Assembly (NCBI GenBank): GCA_000403035.1 | Contig: AQSL01000144.1 | Location: 7,853-20,942 of the forward strand | Direction: 5' to 3' | From: Candidatus Latescibacter anaerobius SCGC AAA252-E07 | Lineage (GTDB): Bacteria; Latescibacterota; Latescibacteria; Latescibacterales; Latescibacteraceae | DNA length: 13,090 nucleotides | In this document: piece by piece, positions 7,765-13,090 of the stretch | Numbering within the stretch: position 1 is the first letter of the stretch | Layout: every line of letters begins with the position of its first letter | Made by a program: the position numbers and the translations under genes | The notes under the pieces: generated by a model | What the model was told of the DNA's origin: nothing | Databases searched by the model: none | The model's input: only the letters and a program-made list of their open reading frames with translations

Positions 7765-8065
7765 TGGGTCTATCAGGGACAGAGGCAGAGATTATAAATT
7801 GTGTTGCTAAGTTAAGACAGGCGACCAAAGACCAAATAAGAAGAGAGAGGTGGGTTTTTCGTTAGATTATATCGGTTTTTTATGCCGATATTTAGTCAGA
7901 AAAGGTTTCCTGAATTTCTCTGGCGGCTATTATTCTTTGGCAAAGGCAGGGATAAAGATACACCTAGAAGAAGAGCCAGAGATTGATAGAGCGTTACTTA
8001 AGGAAGTTGCTGGCGAGGTTAGCTCAACAGATCGGCAGAGAATTAAAAAAACAATAAAAGGTTAG
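7764..8065 (+). pseudogene. Winged-helix (MarR/ArsR/PadR-like) small transcriptional regulator split by a -1 frameshift in a purine-rich tract (~7840-7855)
   Basis: Frame A (7764-7865) reads MGLSGTEAEIINCVAKLRQATKDQIRRERWVFR*, which is helix 1-2 of an HTH. Frame B (from 7850) reads VGFSLDYIGFLCRYLVRKGFLNFSGGYYSLAKAG..., which is the recognition helix plus wing. Both frames read RRE across aagaagagagaggtggg, so one indel in this run would restore a ~100-aa wHTH protein. The ATG overlaps the gvpF2 stop (TAATG). Confidence 0.55.
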
Positions 8066-8102
8066 ACTTGTCCCAATTAGAGTATTTTCGATAGTGTGAT
8101 AT

Positions 8103-8172
8103 TGGGTTGCTCTGGCAAAAGGGTATATTGATAATACAGTAATAAAAAAACTTTAGCCGGATGAGCAACCCA
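8103..8172. promoter_or_regulatory. 10-bp perfect inverted repeat (TGGGTTGCTC ... GAGCAACCCA) with a 50-nt spacer, in the 192-nt intergenic gap upstream of gvpF3
   Basis: The arms lie at 8103-8112 and 8163-8172. The intervening AT-rich DNA contains TATATT (8124-8129) and TTGATA motifs. This is the largest non-coding gap inside the cluster and is a likely internal promoter/operator region. Confidence 0.4.
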
Positions 8173-8257
8173 TGAGTAAGTTTAGCAGTATTTTCAGTCA
8201 ATTACTGATGATTCCCTTAAGTAAGTTTCTTATTTACGGGATGAAGGCAAGAAATAG

Positions 8258-9025
8258 ATGGAAGTAGCTTTAAAAGAAGGTAAATATATATACTGTATTA
8301 TTGAATCAAATAAGCCTCGTTCTTTTGGTCCTTTAGGTATTGGTGGAAGGGCTGATGAGTTGTATACAGTCTGCTTCAATGGTCTTGCCGCTTGTGTGAG
8401 CAACTCTCCCATAATAAAGTATTCTTGTTTAAGGGATAATATGCTTGCCCATGAAATGGCAATTGAGGAGGTAATGAAGGAATATACAGTCTTGCCAGTT
8501 CGATTTAATACGATTGCTGATGATGAAGAAAAGGTAAAGAAGATATTAGAAATAGATCACGATAGGTTTATAGATGCATTGAAAAATATGGAAGGTAAGA
8601 AAGAACTGGGGCTTAAAGCCATATTTAAAGAAGAAATTATTTATAAAGATATATTAGAAAGGTATGAAGATATAAGGATATTAAAAGAAAAAATAGCTCT
8701 ACTTTCACCCGAAAGAACATATTACCAACGTATGGAAATAGGAAGAATGGTGGAAGCATCTGTACAAAATGAAAGAGAGATCTGCAAAAAGGAGATATTG
8801 GATTCTTTAATACCTTTGGCAGAAGACAATAAAATCAATAATACCTATGGTGAGTTAATGATTTTAAGCGCCGCCTTTTTAGTCAACAGAGACAAAGAAG
8901 TAGAGTTTGACCGGAAGGTTGAGGAATTCAATACAAAATATGGTGATAAAATAAAATTTAAGTATGTGGGAACAATACCGCCATTTAATTTTGTAAATCT
9001 TGTCATTGAAACAGGAAAATATTAG
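8258..9025 (+). CDS. gvpF: GvpF/GvpL-family gas vesicle protein, paralog 3 (255 aa)
   Basis: Carries the motifs EGKYIYCII, NMLAHEMAIEEVMKEYTVLPVRFNTI, SAAFLVNR and FKYVGTIPPFNF. Confidence 0.85.
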   Translation: MEVALKEGKYIYCIIESNKPRSFGPLGIGGRADELYTVCFNGLAACVSNSPIIKYSCLRDNMLAHEMAIEEVMKEYTVLPVRFNTIADDEEKVKKILEIDHDRFIDALKNMEGKKELGLKAIFKEEIIYKDILERYEDIRILKEKIALLSPERTYYQRMEIGRMVEASVQNEREICKKEILDSLIPLAEDNKINNTYGELMILSAAFLVNRDKEVEFDRKVEEFNTKYGDKIKFKYVGTIPPFNFVNLVIETGKY

Positions 9026-9027
9026 AT

Positions 9028-9264
9028 ATGTTTTTAATCGATGACATATTACTTGCGCCTTTAAAGGGCGTGATTTGGATTGGGGAAAGGCTTAACGAGA
9101 TAGCAGAAAAGGAATTCTCCGATGAGGGGCGTATAAAAGAGAAACTTATGGAATTGCAACTGAAATTCGAAATGGATGAAATAAGTGAAGAAGAGTATAA
9201 TAGGCAGGAGAAAGAACTTTTAGAGCGCTTAAATGCAATTAGGAAAGCAAAGGAGGAGGTGTAA
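9028..9264 (+). CDS. gvpG: Gas vesicle protein GvpG (78 aa)
   Basis: MFLIDDILLAPLKGVIWIGERLNEIAEKE...LMELQLKFEMDEISEEEYNRQEKELLERLNAI matches the GvpG pattern: an N-terminal PxxGxxWIxE motif and LQxxFxxGEISEEE. Confidence 0.8.
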   Translation: MFLIDDILLAPLKGVIWIGERLNEIAEKEFSDEGRIKEKLMELQLKFEMDEISEEEYNRQEKELLERLNAIRKAKEEV

Positions 9265-9265
9265 A

Positions 9266-9532
9266 ATGGCTAATATTGAAGAGGCAAGAAAAGCAGTGGC
9301 AGAATTTTTAAGGAAAACTCTCAATGTTAAAGATGTAAAGGTAATTAAGACGGCAAAGGCTGGTGATGGCTGGGAAACTGAGGCTGAAGTATATGAAGAA
9401 AGCTCGTTCATAAAGTCACTCGGTCTTCCCACAAGAGTCCAGGATAGGAATATTTATGCGGTCAAACTAAATAGCAGTTTAGAAGTTGATTCCTATGAGC
9501 GCAAGGGTACAGAAGAGCAAGAGGAAAGATAA
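9266..9532 (+). CDS. gvpO: GvpO-like gas vesicle protein, paralog 1 (88 aa)
   Basis: ATG at 9266 follows an excellent SD (GGAGGAGGTG). The preferred start is downstream of the track's 9233 start, which overlaps gvpG. The architecture AVAEFLRKTL...DGWETEAEVYE...YAVKLNSSLEVDSYERK parallels GvpO (..DGW..V.V.E...Y.V..d..G.l.gY.R..). It is a paralog of the 11490-11744 product. Confidence 0.6.
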   Translation: MANIEEARKAVAEFLRKTLNVKDVKVIKTAKAGDGWETEAEVYEESSFIKSLGLPTRVQDRNIYAVKLNSSLEVDSYERKGTEEQEER

Positions 9533-9534
9533 AA

Positions 9535-10344
9535 ATGGAGGGATTATATCTTTATTGCATAAGAGAAAAAATAGAAGATGCTCCTGGAATTTCTGTAAAA
9601 GGAATTGATGGAAAGGGAGAGGTTTTTATCCTTGTTCATGGCCAGTTAGAAGCAGTGGTAAGCAAGGTTTCCTTAAAAGAATTCAGTTCTGAAGAGATTC
9701 AGAAAAAAGCCCAGGAAGACTTAAACTGGATTAAAGAAAAAGCCCTTCTCCATCAAAAGGTTATAGAAGAAGCAATGAAAAAGAACGATAAGCTCTTAGA
9801 TCTAATTCCTATGAGGTTTGGGATCATCTTTAAAGAGGAAACAAAATTAAAACAGACTCTATATAAAGATTATACCAAGATTAAAGAAACATTAGAGAGA
9901 ATTCGGGGAAAACAGGAATGGAGCCTAAAGGTGTATTTAAAAGACAAAGAAAAATTTGAAGAAGTGGTAAAAGAAAAGAATCCACTAATAAAGGAAAAGG
10001 AAAAAGAGATAACAAATTTACCTGAGGGTATGGCCTTTTTTATGGAAGAGGAGTTAAAAGAGGTTATCTTTAAAGAAGTAGATAAAGATTTAAACGATTT
10101 TGTAGAGGTTGTTTTTGAGGATTTTAAAAAGCAAGCCATGGATTCCGTTAAAAATAAGATTTTGGAAAAAGAATTAACCGGAAAACCTGAGCATATGATT
10201 TTAAACGCTGCCTATTTAATCCCTGAGGAAAAGGTTGAGAATTTTAAAAAAGAGGCTGAAATTCTCAATCAAAAGATACAAGAAAAAGGGATTTACCTTG
10301 AGTATAGCGGTCCTTGGCCACTTTATAATTTTACATCTTATTAA
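9535..10344 (+). CDS. gvpL: GvpL/GvpF-family gas vesicle protein, paralog 4 (269 aa, more divergent and GvpL-like)
   Basis: Carries the motifs LYLYCI, AVVSKV, LLHQKVIEEAMKKNDKLLDLIPMRFGII, NAAYLIPEEK and YSGPWPLYNF. The middle is K/E-rich. Confidence 0.8.
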   Translation: MEGLYLYCIREKIEDAPGISVKGIDGKGEVFILVHGQLEAVVSKVSLKEFSSEEIQKKAQEDLNWIKEKALLHQKVIEEAMKKNDKLLDLIPMRFGIIFKEETKLKQTLYKDYTKIKETLERIRGKQEWSLKVYLKDKEKFEEVVKEKNPLIKEKEKEITNLPEGMAFFMEEELKEVIFKEVDKDLNDFVEVVFEDFKKQAMDSVKNKILEKELTGKPEHMILNAAYLIPEEKVENFKKEAEILNQKIQEKGIYLEYSGPWPLYNFTSY

Positions 10345-10348
10345 ACTT

Positions 10349-10882
10349 ATGATTAAAAAAACTGATAATGTAACATTAGTAGATGCCTTAGATAAGGTTT
10401 TAGAGAAAGGCGCAGTTATCACTGGGGATATAGTGATAAGGGTAGCTGATGTGGATCTTGTCTTTTTAGGCTTACGGCTTATCCTTACATCAATTTCCAA
10501 GGCCGAAGAACTGTCTGGCAAGAGTTTCAGTGATCCAGATAAAGAGTTTACCCCTGAAGATATAGAATATATACAGAAATTACAAAGGGAGATAAGAAGA
10601 GCCGAAGAAAATATTCCTAAACTTATTGATCTAGGCAATCCTAAAAAGACAGAACAAGGTTTAGCTAAATTAATTTTAACCCTTGTTGAACTTATAAGAA
10701 GACTTATGGAGAAAGAAGCCTATAGGAGAGTAAAGAGAGGAAAGTTATCCAATATAGAAATTCAAAAATTGGGATTAAGCCTTAAGGCTGTTCAAAAAAA
10801 GATAAAAGAAGTTCAGACAATCTTTGGTATTGAGGATGAAGAGCTAAATTTAGACTTAGGTCCTTTAGGAAATTTAATGTAG
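10349..10882 (+). CDS. gvpK: Fusion of a GvpA/GvpJ-like N-terminal domain with a GvpK C-terminal domain (177 aa)
   Basis: The N-terminus MIKKTDNVTLVDALDKVLEKGAVITGDIVIRVADVDLVFLGLRLILTSISKAEEL is a GvpA-family core. The C-terminus GLAKLILTLVELIRRLMEKEAYRRVKRGKLSNIEIQKLGLSL...EDEELNLDLGPLGNLM matches the GvpK signature (LxLTxVELLRxLxERQAxRR...LGPLG). The ATG is 4 nt after the gvpL stop. The track's upstream extension (10235) overlaps gvpL and is rejected. Confidence 0.7.
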   Translation: MIKKTDNVTLVDALDKVLEKGAVITGDIVIRVADVDLVFLGLRLILTSISKAEELSGKSFSDPDKEFTPEDIEYIQKLQREIRRAEENIPKLIDLGNPKKTEQGLAKLILTLVELIRRLMEKEAYRRVKRGKLSNIEIQKLGLSLKAVQKKIKEVQTIFGIEDEELNLDLGPLGNLM

Positions 10883-10892
10883 GAGAAAAAAG

Positions 10893-11156
10893 ATGCATAA
10901 AGAAGGAGCTAAAATAAATTGTGTAACATTTCAAAAGCAAGAAAAGGTAATAAAGGATATTACTGATAAGATTAATATGGCTAAGGGAGTGCGAGAGAAA
11001 GCGATATTTGCCGAAGAATTACAGAAAGAAGTAGATATGCTTTTAACTTGTCCGGATTATGATGATAAAAAATTAGACTGTAAGAATTGTCGTTTCATTG
11101 CAAATTTGCGTAAGAAAACCTCATGTTTAATTATAAAAGCTAAAAAGTTAGTATAA
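10893..11156 (+). CDS. Hypothetical small Cys-containing protein (87 aa)
   Basis: An AGGAG SD lies 7 nt upstream. Cysteines sit at positions 10, 53, 62, 65 and 77 (CPDYDDKKLDCKNCRF...C). No family was recognised. It is tightly packed between gvpK and the gvpJ-like gene. Confidence 0.5.
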   Translation: MHKEGAKINCVTFQKQEKVIKDITDKINMAKGVREKAIFAEELQKEVDMLLTCPDYDDKKLDCKNCRFIANLRKKTSCLIIKAKKLV

Positions 11157-11173
11157 GAAAGTCGGAGATAATC

Positions 11174-11479
11174 ATGTCAGAACAAAAAATGATGCACGCC
11201 ACAAATGCTACTAATCTTGCTGATATCTTAGAGCGGGTATTAGACAAGGGAATTGTAATTGCCGGAGATATCCAGATTAAAATTGCCGATGTTGAACTTT
11301 TAACGATAAAGATAAGGTTATTGGTTGCCTCTGTGGATAAGGCAATGGAGATGGGTATAAACTGGTGGCAAACTGATAGTTTTCTTTCCTCAAAAGCAAA
11401 AGAGGCTGAGATAGAAAATGAAAACACAGAGCTGAAAAAGAGATTAGGAAAATTAGAGGAGAAGATTAAAAGTGCATAA
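11174..11479 (+). CDS. gvpJ: GvpA-family minor gas vesicle protein (GvpJ/GvpM-like), 101 aa
   Basis: LADILERVLDKGIVIAGDIQIKIADVELLTIKIRLLVASVDKAMEMG is the GvpA/J/M core. It has a coiled-coil C-terminal tail. GGAG SD lies 6 nt upstream. Confidence 0.85.
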   Translation: MSEQKMMHATNATNLADILERVLDKGIVIAGDIQIKIADVELLTIKIRLLVASVDKAMEMGINWWQTDSFLSSKAKEAEIENENTELKKRLGKLEEKIKSA

Positions 11480-11489
11480 GGAGCAGAAA

Positions 11490-11744
11490 ATGGAAATTAA
11501 AGATATTGTGGAAATTGCTAAGGCGGGGTTGGTTCAACTTACCGGATTTAGTTCTCCCACTGCGATAGGAATAAACAAAGAAGCGGATATATGGCACATT
11601 ACTGTAGAAATAATAGAAAAACCTTCGGAAGCAGTTAATCTGGAGCTTCTTGGAATTTATGATGTCCGAATAGATGCTTCTGGAAATCTTCTTGGTTATG
11701 AGAAAATAAGGATGAGGAAGCGTGGTGATGTTCAAAAAGGGTAA
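11490..11744 (+). CDS. gvpO: GvpO-like gas vesicle protein, paralog 2 (84 aa)
   Basis: AAGGAG lies 6 nt upstream of the ATG at 11490. The C-terminus VNLELLGIYDVRIDASGNLLGYEKIRMRKRGDVQKG closely matches the GvpO C-terminal motif (L.asY.V..D..G.L.gY.RvRRYERG). Confidence 0.65.
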   Translation: MEIKDIVEIAKAGLVQLTGFSSPTAIGINKEADIWHITVEIIEKPSEAVNLELLGIYDVRIDASGNLLGYEKIRMRKRGDVQKG

Positions 11745-11860
11745 ATATGGGAACCCTTATTTAATAATTGTTCCTCCGGTTTACAGTATCTTAGATGACA
11801 ATCATCGAACAAGAAAAGAAATAAGTAAGAGATTACTTGGATAAGAATAAAAGGCGGGTT

Positions 11861-11883
11861 TTTGAACATTTGCGACGTTCAAA
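11861..11883. promoter_or_regulatory. Palindrome TTTGAAC-N9-GTTCAAA in a non-coding or degraded region
   Basis: Perfect 7-bp inverted arms, directly after GGCGGGTTTTT. This could be an operator or a small hairpin. Confidence 0.3.
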
Positions 11884-11907
11884 GCAAATTCATGAAGGAA
11901 TTGGGTT

Positions 11908-12051
11908 GTGAAAAGAGCATTCTTTCTCATAATTGGGCTTTTGGTTTTGCCTTCTGTTGCCCGGGCGGATGATTTTACCTTAAGTGGCTATACTGAGGTA
12001 GGGAAGAGATCCACGGCTGAAGATTACGAGGAAGAGGATCGAGGAGCTTGA
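11908..12051 (+). pseudogene. Probable remnant of a secreted/outer-membrane protein gene: intact signal peptide then premature stop (47 aa)
   Basis: A GTG start follows AAGGAA. VKRAFFLIIGLLVLPSVARA|DDFTLSGYTEV... is a classic Sec signal peptide with an A-x-A cleavage site followed by a beta-strand-like start, then terminates. An out-of-frame coiled-coil tail (IEELETEVKRLKSEEM*) follows, suggesting gene debris. Confidence 0.3.
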
Positions 12052-12245
12052 GACAGAAGTTAAACGATTGAAAAGCGAAGAAATGTAAAGAAAATTTTAT
12101 CATAGATACAAAGCTTGGATCAAAATTTCGTTGGGAGATAGATATATGACCGCTTCTGAAAAGAAGATAGTTAAAATCGTTAAGTGTTTTACAACTTGTC
12201 GAGTTCTAGGATGAATTTTCCAAAGCATGTGGAAGTCTCGCATCG

Positions 12246-12542
12246 ATGACAGATGAGATTACATATAATCAGATTCTCTACTTTTCCAGTAACGCTTTCA
12301 TATGTAAGACTGTCGTGAAATCATATGTGGATCAAGGTAAGCTGATATTAATACTTGAAGACTTAGAGAAAATAATAATAGATGGGAAAAAAGTCGATAC
12401 GACCGGTCATGAAAAACGGATAAAGGAGATTATATCATTGGCAATAGAAAAGGGATTTAGTATTTACGAAAAGTCGGTGAAGCATTACGCAACTGATGTG
12501 GAAGGCGACAATATAATCGAGTATGTATTGATTAGGAAGTAA
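12246..12542 (+). CDS. Hypothetical protein (98 aa), no recognisable family, weak or no SD
   Basis: An ORF only: MTDEITYNQILYFSSNAFICKTVVKSYVDQGKLILILEDLEKIIIDGKK.... Its composition differs from the gvp genes. Confidence 0.35.
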   Translation: MTDEITYNQILYFSSNAFICKTVVKSYVDQGKLILILEDLEKIIIDGKKVDTTGHEKRIKEIISLAIEKGFSIYEKSVKHYATDVEGDNIIEYVLIRK

Positions 12543-12560
12543 CTTAATTTATTAATTTAG

Positions 12561-12569
12561 TGTTATGAT
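12561..12569 (+). promoter_or_regulatory. Candidate extended -10 promoter element TGtTATGAT upstream of the second membrane-protein gene
   Basis: TG-n-TATGAT in an AT-rich intergenic region ~140 nt upstream of the start at 12707. There is no clear -35 element. Confidence 0.25.
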
Positions 12570-12706
12570 ATATGTTTGCCAATTGAAGTATATTTCCACA
12601 CATTAACCGGGGAGATACTACCGAGTACAGGGAACATCACGAGCCGCCCGTTTCCGAAATAATTCCTTGAATCCCGGAGAACTCATAACTGAAGGGGGTG
12701 AAAGGT

Positions 12707-13012
12707 ATGATTTATGTGGGGTTTTTACCGTTTTTGTATCTGTTAATCATCGGGATAGTAGTTTCTTTGATACTGTTTTTTGTGCCGAAGATCACGGTTA
12801 AACTTCCCGGAGGGTATCCCGTCAATTTAATTGCTGGCTATGTCGGTGCCTGGGTAGGAACGCCTGTATTTGGCAAATGGGAGTTTTTGACCCGCGGTGA
12901 GATAAGTATTATCCCTGCTATACTGGGTGCTATCGCGGCGATTCTCTTGGCTAATTCCTGTGCAGAATGCTGTAGGAAATATGGAGAAAAACAGACAGGA
13001 CAACAAGGATAA
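12707..13012 (+). CDS. Small integral membrane protein (101 aa), second GlsB/YeaQ/YmgE-like paralog
   Basis: The ATG at 12707 is 6 nt after AGGGGGTGA. The track's GTG at 12698 is less likely. The product aligns with the 5619-5885 product (VPKITVKLPGGYPVNLIAGYVGAWVGTPVFGKWEFLT...IIPAILGAIAAILLANSCAEC versus LPKVKITLPGGITTNIIVSYIGARLGAVVFGNWLFLT...ILPAILGAIVAILLGKACVEC). Confidence 0.7.
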   Translation: MIYVGFLPFLYLLIIGIVVSLILFFVPKITVKLPGGYPVNLIAGYVGAWVGTPVFGKWEFLTRGEISIIPAILGAIAAILLANSCAECCRKYGEKQTGQQG

Positions 13013-13038
13013 TCGCAAGAGAGATGAAGAGCAGCTCC

Positions 13039-13075
13039 ACGGGGAAGGATATCTACACTTCCCCGTCTGTTTTAT
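13039..13075 (+). terminator. Rho-independent terminator: 9-bp stem ACGGGGAAG/CTTCCCCGT, 10-nt loop, then CTGTTTTAT
   Basis: A perfect GC-rich inverted repeat is followed by a T-run, 27 nt after the stop at 13012. Confidence 0.6.
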
Positions 13076-13090
13076 GGAATGATAGGTTAC

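Noticed and set aside
8172-8267. 31-aa ORF (MSKFSSIFSQLLMIPLSKFLIYGMKARNRWK) in the intergenic gap before gvpF3
   Set aside because: It has no SD and overlaps the gvpF3 start. It lies in a region better explained as promoter/operator DNA.
9233-9265. Upstream extension of gvpO1 (MQLGKQRRRCK...)
   Set aside because: It overlaps the gvpG 3' end. The ATG at 9266 has a near-perfect GGAGGAGGTG SD at ideal spacing, whereas 9233 has none.
10235-10348. Upstream extension of the gvpJ-K fusion ORF (track start at 10235)
   Set aside because: It would overlap the last 110 nt of gvpL in another frame. The GvpA-family domain begins right at the ATG at 10349 (MIKKTDNVTLVDALD...), which is where GvpA-like proteins normally start.
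11737-11770. Possible terminator after gvpO2 (AAGGG-N12-CCCTT then ATTTAAT)
   Set aside because: It has only a 5-bp stem with a 12-nt loop and a poor T-tract, which is too weak to call. Transcription may instead end in the degraded region downstream.
12698-12706. GTG start at 12698 for the second membrane protein
   Set aside because: The GTG lies inside the SD (AGGGGGTGA) itself. The ATG at 12707 is 6 nt downstream of that SD and aligns with the start of the paralog at 5619.
1-13090. CRISPR arrays, tRNA/rRNA genes, transposase/integrase genes
   Set aside because: I scanned for regularly spaced direct repeats, tRNA-like cloverleaf-compatible GC-rich segments and transposase/integrase ORFs. 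None were found. Every sizeable ORF is accounted for by gvp genes, chaperone/ATPase genes or small membrane proteins.

Overview
This window holds most of a gas-vesicle (gvp) gene cluster, with every gene on the + strand. It opens with the 3' end of gvpN and then carries four GvpF/GvpL-family paralogs, gvpG, two GvpO-like genes, a GvpA/J-like gene and a GvpA/J-like domain fused to GvpK. Embedded among these is an unusual proteostasis module: a standalone DnaJ-type zinc-finger protein, an Hsp20 protein, an ArsA/Get3-family ATPase and a Cdc48/VAT-like double AAA+ ATPase. The last three are linked by adjacent or overlapping stop/start codons, and one GvpF paralog ends in a canonical J-domain with an HPD motif. 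Other elements include an AbrB/SpoVT-like regulator missing from the ORF track, a winged-helix regulator split by a frameshift in a purine-rich tract, two paralogous GlsB/YeaQ-like small membrane proteins bracketing the gvpF-to-gvpO block, a structured 5' hairpin, a 10-bp inverted repeat in the largest intergenic gap, a degraded gene-remnant region and a terminal intrinsic terminator. All minus-strand ORFs look like shadow ORFs. The major gvpA structural gene is presumably upstream of gvpN, outside the window.
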